Assembly (NCBI GenBank): GCA_012295275.1
Contig: CM022679.1
Span: 3,720,001 to 3,784,000 of the forward strand
DNA: 64,000 bases
From: Chrysomallon squamiferum
Taxonomy: Eukaryota > Animalia > Mollusca
Direction of reading: 5' to 3'
Shown: piece by piece, positions 1 to 30,525 of the stretch
Layout: each line of letters opens with the position of its first letter
How positions within the stretch are numbered: position 1 is the stretch's first letter
Translations under genes and position numbers: made by a program
The notes under the pieces: generated by a model
What the model was told of the DNA's origin: nothing
Databases searched by the model: none
Seen by the model: the letters and a program-made list of their open reading frames with translations, nothing else

Positions 1-3
1 AAA

Positions 4-34
<31 letters not shown>

Positions 35-904
35 AGCAATAAAGAAAAAACAAAAGAGAACAAAGAAAGAAAGAATAAAGATTTAAATAAAAACATGAAG
101 ACAAAAAAAAGCATCGAACGAATTTATATCTTTTCTTCATCGTTACTGTTACTGGACTTATATAATATGGTTTAGGAAAATTTTAAAACATTGCTATTGT
201 TAGTACTTATGAATGGCATCTGATTTTAGGATGTAGTCGAAGTAGAAATATGAGTATCATTTGCATGATTCGCAATATTCCGGTTGACGAAAAGACATAA
301 CATAAGCGATATTCATTAGAATACCCACACTCTGTATTGCTTCTTTCAACGTTATTGATCATTGTAATTCGTGTTAGAAGTACAACATCCTGACTGTATA
401 TCTTTAGTTTTTAATTACAGTCGTTTAAACCGTGTTTGTGCCGTTGCTGTGGAAACATACCTGCTTTTTCAGTAATTTAGTCAACAACACAGAATTAAAA
501 CGAGAATATTTCAGTTACTGATGTGTCATTATGGTTATTTCTGACGCTAAAATACTATTGATTGTATATAATTCTGTTTTCACTTACCGGCATCTTACAA
601 CAGCTTTCTAGCTTAAGACATTACAAATAGCTCATAACAATAATGACGAACCTTATAATTTCTATAATCTCTGGTTGCGTAAATCTATATTGTTATTAAC
701 GTTAATGTGATTGTTAATGTTTTTTTTATGTCTAACATGCTGCGTCTATTTATTTTTTTTTACTTTGTTCCTTGTTTTCATTATTTATTAATTTTGTTTC
801 CAGTTAAATTCAAAGATTCTAAGGAGCAACACATCAATAGATCAATCTCCTATATGTGCCAATTTTCCTCATTCTCTTTCTAGATATGTTTTTATTTTTA
901 TTTC

Positions 905-937
<33 letters not shown>

Positions 938-2401
938 TTTTTTTTTTTTTTTGTAGTAAGATGAATATAAAATAATCCTTCCTAGTGAAGCAAATGTAAC
1001 CACTGAAGTGACCATATGTTTCACCGTAAAAAAAAAAAATATATATATATATATATATAGTCTTATTTTATGTGTAATCGGTTTGGAATATGCTAATCTT
1101 TCTAACATAGATTTAAGCATCATTAAGTATCGCAGTGAAATGAAATCTAAAGTTCCACTGAGTGGTAAGACGTGTAATATTCTGACTTCTTCTTTCATAA
1201 CAACTTTACAACATACATAATCGATCTCTTATACCCATTAATATAAAAATGTCTAGAGTTCAAACGTTTATAAATTTTTCTTGTTTTCAGACTTTTCGAA
1301 TTAAAATAGTTAACTTTTCAAAGTATTACTGACTGAAATATTGATTCCAACATCATTCGATATTGAAATAAATTAAAAGCTTGTCGTCAAAAGCAGTAAA
1401 ATGATGTAAAATACTTTAGTTTGATGTAATGTTTGGGCACGTTTGAAATGTTTTGGTTTAACGTGGTTTAGAGTGTAAAAACTTTACACATCATTAAGTT
1501 TAATAATTACCTTCCGTTCAGAGCCAACGTGGACAATGCAAGAGAAAAAGCAGAGATAAATCTTAAATATCTGTTTTTAATTTTAAAAAATGAACATTCT
1601 TGATCATATATAGTTTGCCCAGAAAGTTGAAACTTCAAAGTATTCTAACTCCAGTTAAAATAACTTGAAAATCTGAAAATGTTTTATTGAATAAAGTAGA
1701 TATCTACAGAGATTTAATGATGTCATAAATTTCTAATGACGTTATTATTTTAACATTACATATTACACAGGTTTTGGGTATCGATCAGGCTTAGCTAAAT
1801 AATTCCGAATCTAGATAAGACACTGTAATCTTTTCGTGAAGAGCAAAGAACATTTATTCTGAAACCTCTACGCGTCATTCATTTCATTTTATTTTTTATT
1901 TCTTTTATTCCCTTTTGTTCTATTTGTATTTAACCACATTTCATAATTCAGTTTTAATTAAAAAATTTTTTAAAAAAAGATACAAAATTTCAAACACAAG
2001 ACAAATTTAAATATATTTTAATATGTGAAAGACAATATAAACAGTGGCGACAAATATTGAAATAAAAATATCATTTCTGCTTACAAAACAAATCTGCTTC
2101 TCGTCTGTTTCAGAGTTGAAAATCTTCAAAGCATGGATTAAATCAATTCTCATTTCGCTTTCAGTTCACACAGTTCATTTATTACAAAGTCGCTTTGTTG
2201 TTATAGATGTACTGCTTCTATAGTGGATATTACTGTCACTGCTTCAGTTACAGGCATTGGTGCACTCTGTAATCGTATTACTGATGGTTATTTTCTTATA
2301 CACAGTCACATGGTTTATCTTTTAGAGTGCAAATTAAATAGTATCATGGATAAAGTAGCTGTACTGATGCATGTTTTTATGTTCACATACTTGTTCTAAC
2401 T

Positions 2402-16605
<14,204 letters not shown>

Positions 16606-16673
16606 GAGGAGTAATATTGGAAACTTCAGATAGAATCAGCGATTGGTTTTTTTTTTTTAAATTTATTTATTTT

Positions 16674-16708
<35 letters not shown>

Positions 16709-17870
16709 CGAATACTGAAAGTCTTTCCAGTGTTCTTAGTTCGATAGACGGTCCAATTTGGATCTGAGTATAAAAATTATTTTTTCAAAAAAGTGTAACT
16801 TTTTTTTTCTTGTTTTAATGAATCCGGCCTGTCACATGAAAGAGAGCACTTAAGGCGTTCAGTTTTAATTAAAATGGAACCATGGCTCGTTTGTTTGAAG
16901 TTGCTTACGCTCTTTTTATCTATGTTAAATAAAAACACACACGAAAATATTTCTCCTTTATTCCTGTAACAGTATTAAAACACACACACACACACACACA
17001 CAAAAAAAGTCGGTGAACAAAGAATATTCGACCATAAAACTCCGTTAGAACTCTTTCGTCTCAAAGGCAGTTAAACATTGAAGGCACCTAAGTTCTTCGA
17101 TTGAGCTTAATTCTTGAAAAGAAATCAGAAAACGTCTTCTTGACTCGGGATGTGTAAAGCATTCACCAACGACAAATCAAAGTATCCTGTCTACATGAGA
17201 ACAAATCAGAAATGCTGTGATTCAGTGGATGGACAACGCGTGTCGTACGTTCTCCCTCTGAAAAGGCCTCCGCTGCCTGTGTTTCGCAAGGCGGCGCAGA
17301 GTTTATGTGAGTGTCTGTCTTTGCTCTGCAAACGATTCTGAACGCGTATCGATTATCACGGAAAAAGTCAATCTAAGTTCTCCCAACTGTTCTTTATTTT
17401 TCGATTTTCCTCTTGCAAACATCCAGGTAACATAACATCTGCTTCTCACTGGCAGGTGAATTGAGTGGTAGTAGCACGGGTCCATCAATGATGTATGGTT
17501 ATCGACGTCATCTGAAACCGGCAGCAAGCTTGACATCCCTCATTGCTGACGACAACTGAAGCGACGCATCTGTTAAAAGCGTTTCAGCATTTTACATGTT
17601 ATAAAACACTCGTCACACAAAACAGTTTGCAGGGCTGGGGGACACAGTCTTTCTGTTATTTGTTAACTGAATATTATTTTAAATATACTTCTTTGTGATC
17701 GTTATTTTCTTTTGAACTGTTATTATTGATTTATTTCCTTCTATTTGTATTCATTTATTATTCTACTTCTTCCTCTTTTTTCTCCTCCTCTCCTCTTCTT
17801 CTTTTACTTTCTGATATTATTAATTTTCTTATTATTATTATGACGATGATGATAATTATTATTATTTATT

Positions 17871-17942
<72 letters not shown>

Positions 17943-18335
17943 TATTCGTTTCGTTTTTTTCCCCAGTTGTTTTCATTCAGTAATGGCATGGTTCTCGATG
18001 GTATTTATAAATGTTTTATGAGACAGAAACTGTTCCATACAATTATCGTTTTTTTGCCAAAACAAACAGTCCACAGAACTCAGACTAATAAAAAGCAGGC
18101 CTATTTTAAAATAACACCTCTCCCGGTTTTATAGTTTCATTTGAAATCAAACCTGGCACTATTGCGATTATGAATAGATTACGCTTAGAATTATATTTTT
18201 TAAAATTGTGAAGTGAATAACGACGTTTCTGATGACTGACTGATTGTTTGATTGATGTAATTACTCCAGATCTAAAATCCAATAACTATTTTTCTCCTTG
18301 AAATCATCCAGCATGTTTTTCTTCTTCTCTTATTT

Positions 18336-18374
<39 letters not shown>

Positions 18375-18603
18375 TGTATTTATTTATTTATTTATTTTGT
18401 TTGTAAATTCCTGTATTATTTTCAAATGCCAATTAGTAATGAAAGATCAACTATAACAGATGACATAAACAATGCCAGTGACCTTTAAACAAATATATTA
18501 GCAGCAGTATTAAAGAAAACTCACCAATAACTAGTTTTCAGATGATGAATTTTATGTTACAACAACACTTCAGTACTTATCAGTTATAATTGTTTTAAAT
18601 GTG

Positions 18604-18653
<50 letters not shown>

Positions 18654-20061
18654 CTTAATTAAAATACCATAGAAAAGGATAAAAAAAAGAAACCAAAATC
18701 TTTACCATGATTCAAGAGGTTGTTTTATAAAGACTTTTTCCCAGGAAAGCACAAATCTGACCTTTGGTAAAGAAACTGAAGGGAAGTAGACTGATGGCAA
18801 GAACTATTTTGCATGGTCAGAAATGTCAGAAGAAAAACTAACTTAATGATTCATCCAGGAGGATTAATCATGTCGTGCTTTTACAGTACAGTTTAGAAAT
18901 GATTACGATACACACTGAGAGAAGGGAAATCACGTTATTCATCATGCAGTCAGTACAGATGCGTGTACTGTCTTCAGGGGGTTTTCCTATTCAGCTTTAA
19001 GTCTGAAATCACTGCAAAATCTGATCAACAAAACTTTTATCTAACCTCTGTCAGGTTCTTAAACAACACATCTTATTAACAGATCGAGTTTTCTTGTTTG
19101 TTACTTATAGAGGTTTCTCAACATAAAAAAAGAAAATAAATTATCAAAAGATTCAAGGAAAATCGTGACAGAAAAAACGATTGGATGTCACAGTGTACTA
19201 AGCATTATCATTGTAATCCTTGCAGTACTTATGTCTTCTGTCAGTGTTTTATCAGAACAGATGTGAAATTTCCTCATTAACTCCTATCAAATGTTGCAGT
19301 CCCCACAGAGAATATACTGCGGCGTACAAATTTATTTTTAGTGAATACTGGTCCAGTATTTGCTGAGAACTGAATCAATAATGATTTTCTATTTTTTTAA
19401 TTTGCTTTATTTATTTTCTTATTCTTTTATTTTATTTTATTTACTTCTTTTTTTTTTTCTGAACATTAAACTGTTGTCTGATACTAAAACAAACACAAAT
19501 TTCTTTTTCTTCTTATTAATTTATTTATTTTTAAGCTGTACTTTCTTTTTTCTAAGTAATTTGATTATTTTTTATTCTAGAGTATTAACTGAAAATTCTC
19601 TCTCTCTCCCTCTCTTTCTCTCTCTCTGTCTTTCTCTCTATCCATCTATCTATCTCATATATTTTCTTCAATGATTTTTCTAACTTTATTGATCTTAAGG
19701 ATTAAACAAATGACGTATTAAATTCATTTCTTAGCAAATGTCAAGAATCAGCTCAATCAAATTCGACCTTTTATCCGAAAACTAACAACCATTCTTAAAT
19801 TATTGCATAAATCGATCTTGTAATACTGTACAGGATATCGAATGAGATGGCGAATAAATATCAATGTCTAAGCTATTGTCATTATTTCCTGGCAAACAAC
19901 ATGTCGACAATGATTAAGTGATTAGCACGTCTGATTTATATTCATTATGGAATCAAAGATGACAGAAATCGAACTCTGAGTGAGATTAGAAATCGAATTG
20001 ACGCAGCAATATAGCAATTGCGTCATTTTCCTTATTTCTCGTTCTAGACAGTGTACAGCAC

Positions 20062-20111
<50 letters not shown>

Positions 20112-22063
20112 CAGATGTAACAATATGTGTTTTGCTCTCTGTGGAAACATTCATTCAAATATGGTTTCCATCCTAACCGAAAACAATAGACCATGGGTAT
20201 ACTCTCTCTCTCTCTCTGTAATAACTTTTATTTTTTTTTTTATTTTTTTTTTTACTATTATTTCTTCTTCTTTTTTCTATAATTTCCATTAACTAATAAC
20301 ATTAAAACTAAAATGTATTGTTATTACAGCTAAATAAATTGTTACATTCATTCAGTGTGGCGTGACAATCTGGCTAAAGATACAAAAGAAATGTTCAGTA
20401 ATTTGAACTTCTTTGCTGTTGGTTCTAAGGAATGCTGGCGACTGACGCCTGTGTGAATTAAGCTTACTACAAGGCCTCCTGAAATCATGTGTCAGTGATT
20501 CATGTAGTCTTGATGAAATTACCCTCAGAGGATTTCTTGCCAGCAACGAAGGCTATTTTTCTTTAGACATCCAAATGAATAATTGCGTGTTTATTTAATG
20601 ACACCTGAAAACATTCTTATTATGTTATTATTAAATGTCAAGCCTGCTGCTGTTGTTTGATAATAGATTATGAAAAAAAAAAAAATAATAACCATCGAAT
20701 TAAATAATGAAAAAGGGACACAGGAAAAAGAAAGAAAGAAAAAAGAAAAATCATCAAAAAAAACCAAAAAAAAAACAGAACAACAAACAAAACACCAAGT
20801 AGAACGCTGTTTTTATCTGTTAAATAAATTTTGCAAGTTTCAATTAAACAAGACGAATAGAAAGAAAGAAGAATTTAATAAATGAAATAAGAATGAAAAA
20901 AAAACCAACAACAAACAAACAAACTGGATTATATGAAGGGAAACAGAAGGCAGAAAGAAGAAGTAAAAATAAAAGCAAACAATTTATACAAAAAATAAAA
21001 ATCTCGTGAATCAGAATACCCAATACACAGAAGAGTTCAGACATGACTACGATTGCCAACCGAATTAGACAGCTTTACGTCAATATGGCGTCATCTAGCA
21101 TTCTCAAATTGCTTTTATCTCCTGTACAAGCTTTTTGAAATATTAATATGTTAAAAACAAGATACAGAAGGGAATACAGGATTAAAACGAGAAATTATTT
21201 TAGTCAGTAATTTCCGTTTTTTGTTTTTCTTTTTGTTTGTTTGTTTGTTTTTTATCACAGAGTACAAGGAAAGAAAATGGTTTTTGGAATCGAAAAAAGA
21301 ACGTCAAAAAGAGAACGCTTTCAACTTTGTCAGTAAAATAAATATGTTAAGGATATTTTCCTTGACATTTAATATAAAGGGGGGGGGAGCAAACGTTTTA
21401 AAAGGTTAATAATTTATTGCTATAGTTCTCTAATTTCTTCTTTCATTCAGATATTATGAAAAATACCATGATTTAATGATTACTTGCTTTTGAAGATTCG
21501 TAATTTCTTTAAAATCATTTTGAAAGCAAATTCAAAAACCAAAGAATGATTTTATCTTCTTAAGAACTTCAGCAGTCCCAAAACAATTAGGATGATAATT
21601 TGTTTTTGTGAATCTGATAATGTTCAGTATAATGACCTAATGCACTGTGTGACATTTCAATGTAATAAATTAAAGAATACAAAGCTGCTAATGACTTTTT
21701 ATTTTAAATGACCAAAACGATACGAATGCAAATTAAGAACAGTGTATCTGGTGTATATCTTACTTTGAATTAAATGCAGAATTGACTTAAAGAGAGGAAG
21801 AGGGGTTTTTGTTTCATTTTTCAACCAAAAAATTAATGTTTTACTTAAACAATGAGCTGTTTTCCTACGTTATGTTGCCTGTATCATACAAAAAATCGCT
21901 TTATGACATGTAAAAAAATGTTAAAATGTTATGAAATGCTGTAAAATATTATTATTTCATTCTTTTTCTTTCTTTCTTTCTTTTTTTTTTTTTTTTTTTT
22001 TTTTTTGTTTTATTTAAGTTTTATTTTATTTTATTTTTATTTTTAAATTTTTTTTTATTTTTT

Positions 22064-22111
<48 letters not shown>

Positions 22112-22932
22112 CGCCCACTGTACTAATTCTTTTAACAGAAATAATAAATATTTAATTAAATAATCTCGTCTCCAACGTATTTGTTAAAAGTTAAATTATT
22201 CAGGTATGTAATTGAGTTTACACACCTCCTTTCGCTAGGAACCTCTACTCAAGACACGGTACTGTCCAACAGAGGGCGATGTTGCGCATGCGCCTTTCAA
22301 AACATGAAGTGTTAGAACTCGAAACCAGTGAAATACGCCAACCGACAAAACGATGGAACGTCGAAGTGCAGGACTTCCTGCTTCCATTGTTATCTCACGA
22401 TCACAGAAATGACCCATTTTCTTCAAGAGGAATTAGCGTCTGTTCTCAGTTTCTTGACACAAGAATCCCCGGTAAGACCAGTGGTCATTTTCAATAGATC
22501 ATCCGAGCAAAAAACTTCCATAACCAGTCCCGAACGTCTACGTGATCTGATGTTAAATGACATAAATTATCTCCTTGTAATCTTCATCAGTTCGTTTCAG
22601 TTTCGCTGTCGCTTCCATTAGCACATATTAGTAATGGAGACGATTAAGCTATGAAAGGAAACATTAGGAAAGAATTTGCGTATCTGAATATAGGAAAGAA
22701 TAATTCAATAGAAGGCTTCAGTGAAAATCGCGTTTGTGAGAGATATTATATATGTAAAAATCTGTCTGGTGTGTCTATCATAGAAAAGTTACTTTGGTCA
22801 TAAAATATTCTGAATATACATAAGAATAAAAATGATAAAAATAATAATAACTAAAATAACTATTTGGCACGTATTCTTGTAGAACTAAATTTTTTTTTTT
22901 TTTTTTTTTTTATCTCAACGATACAGATAAAC

Positions 22933-22939
<7 letters not shown>

Positions 22940-23022
<83 letters not shown>
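22940..23022. repeat. (GA)n microsatellite
   Basis: Direct reading. Confidence 0.95.
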
Positions 23023-23026
<4 letters not shown>

Positions 23027-23574
23027 TACCTAAAAAAAAAAAGGACAAACCTGTCAGTCTTGTTTGACATTGAAATCAGCAACGTCAAATGTTCACATTA
23101 TACAGAAACTAAATAACAAGAAAACTATAGATTTAGTACACTTATTAGGTTTGAACTTTCTGGTTGTCGGGGACCTGCGTTTTACATAACAACCCTGAGT
23201 GAAATGTTACAGTGCATGGAACTAGTTAAACTGTGCAGCGCGCGTTCAGGAGATCGTCCCAGAGGTAGCCTGTCTAGTCGGAAATTGTCCGAGATTCTTC
23301 AGACGTCCGGCGCATTTGTGTCTTCTAATTAGCGAAGTCGTCACGACGTTAATTCAACGTGATTCTCAGAAGACCAGGCAAAGCTCTGTCAGCATGACAG
23401 AAACACAATGGCCTGAACAATTTCTCTTCCGGTATTCCCAATTTGTCTGGTGGACATTTTATGTTATTATTTTCTTTTACTTTTTTTCTTTATTTTTATT
23501 TTTCTTTATTTTTTTTTTTTTATTATTATTATTATTTTTTTCATTGTTCACCCTTTTCGTGTTGGTGTACACAT

Positions 23575-23641
<67 letters not shown>

Positions 23642-24601
23642 TTTCATTTCATTTCATTTTATATAATCTTATATTACTTTTTTATTTTTATTAATCAGAC
23701 GAAACATTCCATATTGGCCTGTTGCTTTTTTTTTTTTTTTTTTTTTTTTTTTTCAACCCAAATTAGTTATCGATAAATTAAACGAATATACACCGACCGT
23801 GTAACATCGTTAGAATGAGAATTCAATTATGAATAAAACATTTCACTCGTAACACTATTGTTAACTCGAAGTGATTGTCAATTTGTCTTCCTGTTAGCGG
23901 TTTCGTGCTAAATGGCCGACAAACCTTTTCTTCCAATATTATGATTAGGTTTTTCCGCACTGGTAATTTGATTTGTCGAGAAGGTTTAGTTCAGATTTAC
24001 GCGTTTCATCGCTTTGTGGCCTTTAAACGCAACTTCGACACCAAAATTCAGAAGTAAAACATACAGTTCTAAGGCTGAGATGGTATTTCAGTGACAAATG
24101 TGAATGGGAATATGTATATGTGAGTTGTGTATATGTGTATATGTGTATATGTGTATATTTATTGTGTGTGCATAAATATGTGTTTGTGAGCGCAAAAACC
24201 TTAATACATATATATTTTGTTCATATCTGTATTTGTGTAGTTGTCTTTCTTGACTGTTTAGTTTGTTGGTAGGAAACTAATTTCGTGATTTCATTAATAT
24301 TATATTTTTTAAAGGTTATTAATGTTATACACTTAAATGATCATCCATTGGACGTAATTGTGTGAAGTCTGTTATCACACGCTAGTCGATGTCATCTGTT
24401 TGTTGACATGCTGCAAAATATTCATTTATCTGTTTATAATGATGATGATGATGATAACAAAAATAAAACATTATTTAGAAGCATTATTAGAATACTCGAG
24501 GTACATGATGCAATTAATAATGATTCAAGTTTTAGTTTCACGTAAATGATGCAGAAAAGATAAGAAAAGATAAGCAAGCACAAGGTTAACATTCACGAGA
24601 A

Positions 24602-24623
24602 ATATATATATATATATGTACAT

Positions 24624-24663
<40 letters not shown>

Positions 24664-24753
24664 ACACATACACATACACATACCCATATATGCATACATA
24701 GATTTATATTTATAGATAGATAGATAGAAAGATATATATATATATATATATAT

Positions 24754-24844
<91 letters not shown>
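24602..24844. repeat. Compound microsatellite (TA)n/(TACA)n/(CA)n/(GATA)n
   Basis: Direct reading. Confidence 0.9.
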
Positions 24845-27800
24845 TGGAAAGCACGCCATATATATTCCTAATTAATATGCAGTATCCAGTAACAATATAT
24901 ATCGGTTATAATGGCAACGAGATTAGAAAAAAAAAAAAAAAAAAAAAAAAAAATCTAGTAAACATCCGAAAACACTTCAGCCAGAATAACACTAAAGCAA
25001 TGTGGAATCCCAGTCAACTGCAAAACTTCTTGTTTAGACACAGTTTCCGACACGATCGAAAGAGAGCCTTTGATTGCGAAAATGTCATTGTGGAGAAAGA
25101 ATTTCAGAATCAGTCAGCGACCAGAAGGGATGTTCAGTTGTCACCCAGCACGTAGTAACAGTTTGTGATGTACACAGCTACTTAACAGTGATAGATTGAA
25201 ATTAGCGTGCCAAGCGCAGCCCCAACCAGGAATTCAGTGTCACTAATCTGCTATTTCGAGATGAAAAGAGAGAGATTCTAGTGCTTCCTATTGTGAAATG
25301 AATGAGGTTTTTTTCTGAACGTTTGTACGTTTTATTGTTGTGTGTCTCTCGATGTCATGTGCAAACAGGGAATAGATTTCGTCTTTCATTCCTACAGTAC
25401 AGATAACTTTATAACAAACAAAAAAGAAGATGAAGAAGAAGTAACAAAACACACCTCTCTTTCAAATACCTCAAAACACGTAAGAAGACTTAGTCATATG
25501 CAAGAGACATATGACTAAATCTACTTACCTGTGTGTGTCATATTTATTGATTTACTTTTTCGTAACGGTTGGGGCTAACATGTTGTGGACATGGGAATGA
25601 TATCTTGAAAAAGGAAATTTCATAGCATGTAAAAAAAGATCATGCATGAATTATTACTAAGAAATAATGAAATAAAACGTAAGAAATTGTTTTTTGTTAA
25701 TTGATTCCATCTTTATTTATTTGTCTCCATTTATATATATATGTGTGTGTGTGTGTCTTTGTGTGTGTGTGTATCTGTGGAGGGGGCACATTTTGTCAGT
25801 TATAATGATTAAAGTGTAAAATCTAAATTAAAAACGATGTTTTTACATGGAATAAGAAAAAGTGAAATTAAGGTATTAAGTTATTACATTGTTATTACAC
25901 AATGTAATATTTTGATTCCAGTGCACAATATTACTATGGTTCTTGGAACGTATTGTTTCGGTAGTTTTTATTTTTTATTTTATTTTATTTTATTTTTTTT
26001 ATTTTTTTAGTTATTTATTTTTGATAATTTTATTTTTCGGTTCTTTTGTTCGAACTGATGTCAGCGTAAGGTACACATAGGGATATATACATACTTTAGA
26101 GAGGGGGGTGCTTCCTTGAGTTTACAGCTGAGTTTTACTAATAATTTAGGTTCAGCGCACTTTTCATGTATTGTGAATAAGTCAGCTAATAGAATGGACT
26201 ACAATTTTCTGGTGGTCATGTGACTTACGCCTAAGTGGTCTCAGCAGAGACTTTAGTGAATATTTTGTTACGACTTTTTCTTCTGCTGGTGCGAATATAA
26301 TCAAAAAGTAAAAGAAGTAGCAAAACAGTGAGGTCGCAAAATAATAATTTTTATAATGAAATTCAAAAATAAAAAAAAATAATAATATTTATAAAAAAGA
26401 GTACGAAATGAAAATTGTATCTGTTATATGAAAAAATAAACTTTTATAAGATTTTTGTTTTATTTCTTTAGCAATCTGTGGATCAGATACATTCCTCATG
26501 TATAAGTTCATTAGCGGATTAAGAGATTTGGAGTAAATATCAAAGAAACATTTCTTTTTTTTTCTTTTTCTTTCTTAATGATGATATTTAAAAAAAAGTA
26601 ATTGATATTCTTGTCAGTTAGTACAGCGTTTAGATTCGTCAACCTCGCTAGAAAGAGAAAAGTAAACACGAAGAGTCCTAGCATACTGCAAAATACTCCA
26701 TCATAGCTCAGAGAAAACGAAACGAATACTGATATAATATTTAACAACATATCTCGTCAATTTAGTTTTAGCGATTGTTAAATATTATCTCTTTTCTTGT
26801 AAAATAATGATAGGAAACGAGAAATCTTTATATGTATCTTCCCACACACGTTAAGCAGCAGCCAGAACCTTTGTTAAACCACTGAGGAACATTTACTTAA
26901 TCTGGAATCCGACGTTTATTGAATGATTCAGCGTTTTACTATAAATTCAGCTAGTATATTTTCGAACAAAGAACTTATTAATTCTTTGATATATCTTTGC
27001 TAGCTGCACTGAAAAATATACTAAGTGGTATTCTGAGACTCATCTTTTACAGCCCTTTTCCTTTAACTCTGGAGTTAATATTATGTAATCGCATGGCGGA
27101 TACTAATCGATTAATCTGCCAAGTCCTTGGGCATACAGGAAAGTTAGATTAATACTGGTTCGTGTAAGCGATAGTTTTACTTGAACTGTTGTAATTTAAT
27201 ACCACGTTACAGGTCTATCATTATTTTCTTCGAGCATGGGAAATGATCGATATGCGTATATTTTATTTTTATTTTCTTTTACTGACCTGCTCCATAATTG
27301 CTTCTCTGTGAATGTTTTAATCATTAAATCTTATAAATAATCGTTTACTCTTATTTTCGATATTGCATGCACTATATATCATGCGCATTTCAATAGAATG
27401 ACTGTTATTTTTATTACTGAATTAATTTTTTTTTTTTTAAATAGCATTTGATCCATTTGTTATCCTTTATTTTTGTTTTTCTGTTGTAGTTGCTTATGTA
27501 TAGTTTAGTTTAATGTATAGACAATTGTTTATACTTCAAGGTTAGTATATAATACATATCTGACATGTGGCTAAGAACTATTTAGACTGTAGTACCATTA
27601 GTATCGATCTGTCTTTGAGTCTTTCTATCTATGTGTAATGTAATCTATCTGTCTGAATCGGACCGTCTGTCTGTCTGTCTGTCTGTCTGACTGACTGATT
27701 GATAACTGTTTGTTTTTGTTTCTTTCTTAAACACTATAACTTGTACATGAAATAAAAGCTCATTTTCGTGTTCCTGCCTTGTCCCTTCGACCATCTAATA

Positions 27801-30525
27801 TGAAGGCGACAGCACCAAGTGAACTGGTTTTCTCAGCTGATTTACGCCTCTCGTCAGAGGTTTAATATTGTCTAATCATCAGAGTAGAAACAGTCGAGTA
27901 ACTTGCTCAGTCTGCGAACGAGAAGGATGCGTAAAACAGCACAGGTTCCTGGAAGCGGCGCCTTCCCATCAGTCATCTTAACTTTAACGTCTTCTTCGCG
28001 GTAACCACGTCATCCAGGTATTGAAGTAATCAGTTAATATACACCTCAGGAGCAGATACGGATTGGAGATTGTCCACACTCTCTGATTTGATTCTAAAAT
28101 GGCTGCCAGTTCGCCTAAAAAAAAAAAAAAAAAAAAATGTTTTCAATATCTTCGGGTTGTTATTTGTACATGTTTTATTAACTTAGTATTCGTAAAGACC
28201 TGAACTGGTTTAATTTAATGATTTTATATTAACTTTTTATTAATAAATCTTAGAAAACCTGACAACGCCCCATATCTGGATAAGAGATAAATTCTTTAGC
28301 TGCGATTAAGTGTTCATTTGACACTCAGTTTCATCTGGGTCATAGCATTCCATGTGCCCCTATTTTCTAATCAATTATAACAAGAAGTGTTTTTTTCTCC
28401 CTTTTTTATTTTTTTTTTTTTCATATTTTCATTTTTCATTTTGCTCGTTTTTCAACCGGATTTTTGATGGTCAGAAATAGTTTCTTGTCCTTGACAGAAA
28501 TCTCACTGCAAGTTTAAAAAGAAAAAAATAATTATAATGCCCTAAACGTGCTGTTTTCTATTTTATTTTTAGTCCAGATTTTTTTTTTTAGAATGTCTTA
28601 TGTCTTTATTTTATGCCACCTTTAGGATTTATATCAATCATTATAAGACGTCTGAAAATAGCTTTAAAGTAGCAAGAGTTACCAGAAGCAAGCACTCAAG
28701 CTGCTATCCTATCTAATTAACAAATTTTATATTTTTTCCCTTCCATTCGGACAAGTGTTCAGATTATCATGTGTGCTTTACATCAAGTTTTAACGATTGT
28801 AAAGGACCACGCTGATCATCCGTCACCAAAACTTTGCATCAAATGTTCGTGATTTATTCGCGTTATATTCCGTGCTGTCAAAAGATATTGGTTGAGCTGC
28901 TCAAGGCAGTCTTGCCCACTCATTGCTTTTTCAAGATTTATCGGCTACATAAAAACAGATTACTTAGCCAATAAAGCGTGATATTCCTTCGAGCTCTTGC
29001 GACTAAAAAGAACATGTTTTAACAGCTTTCTTGAACCATTCTTTTCGGTGAAGTTTCCTACAAAGCAAGTTAATTTTTCGTTCACTGGCACCCATCATTT
29101 ACAGAGCATTCGTGGTCGCATTATCAGGCTTAACAACGTCCGATCGCTGGAACTCATCCCTGATTGAGCACCGTGGGTTGCATTATTTGGCTTAAAAACG
29201 TAATACTGTGTTTCATTACTTGCTTTACACACACACACACAAAACACAAAACATAAACACACACACACAACTTCGATGATGTGTTCTACTGTAGTACAAG
29301 AAGCTTTAACGTTTTTGAATCATCGTTAATTTGTTTAAGTATTATACTTCATTAAAAGAAAAATAATAGAAATAACCTTTAGATGATACTCGTGGTAGAC
29401 GTGTTCGTGTTTTCTTGTTGCTTTAATAATACTGCGAAACAAGCTTGTTAAATGTCTTTGTCAAAATGTCCATGTTTGAAATTTAATTTAAAATGAAGCT
29501 GCTAATGGGCTGAAGAAAAATAGGATCCTTTTCTTTCACTGTTTTCATTTTGTTAACTTTCCCTTTACTTTAAATAAAGGCAGGAAATGTATTTTTGTAT
29601 CTTTGATAATAACCTTACCGTTAATATAATTTATCAAGAGATACCAGAAAGAATCGAACCAAGTTGCTAGTCTATCAAATTATAGGCCACATGGTTTCTG
29701 TCAACGGTGAATCGACATTTGTTTTTTAATGAATAGTTTCAGTTCTTCCAGCTGAGAGTCAGGCAAAGTAAAAGTGAAAAATTAAAATGAAGCCAATCAG
29801 AGCATTTGGCGTGTCAAGCGTCAAGTTTCAAATTTACCGATCACAGAATTCTCAAACATTTTTTGTTTCATTATAATTCGCCCTATGTCTCTTAAATAGA
29901 CACTTTTTTTTTTCAAGGTCAGCTTTAACGTGTTGGATGTTATTTAATGTCTCCTGCAGGGTTTAATGCTTTTTGTCACAGGTAAGCTGGAATAGAAGAA
30001 AGCTCTCAGAAGTAAATTGTAAATATAATCTACATCCAAATTTCCTTTGTTAGACTACAGCTTTTAGGACTGTTTATCTTATTTTATTTCTTGCGCATTT
30101 TTATTAACTATAATTTAGTGTTGATCATACTTAATTCGGATTCATATAATAATTTCAGTTTTTACCACAGTATAAAAGTAATGAGAAAATAAAGAAGATA
30201 ATATTCTAAAGGAAATATGTGTATGTGTATGTGAGTGTGTGTGTTCGCGAGAGAGAGAGAGCGAGACAGAAGAAAAGAGGGAGGGAGAAAAACTGAAAGA
30301 AAGACGGCAAGAGAAACAGATTACACCCTGCAATTGTATACTAACTTAAAGAGACACAGATACTTTTTTTCTGGTGTTTTCCTAACACAGATATCATTTC
30401 AGTTTGTTTGACTTAACATTATCTGCTCCAGATTCAGTGATTTTATATAAAAACGTCATCACCAATAGTCCATGCAGATGAATACTAACCGACACAAATG
30501 AAGCCTTTTCCTAAACAATGAAATC

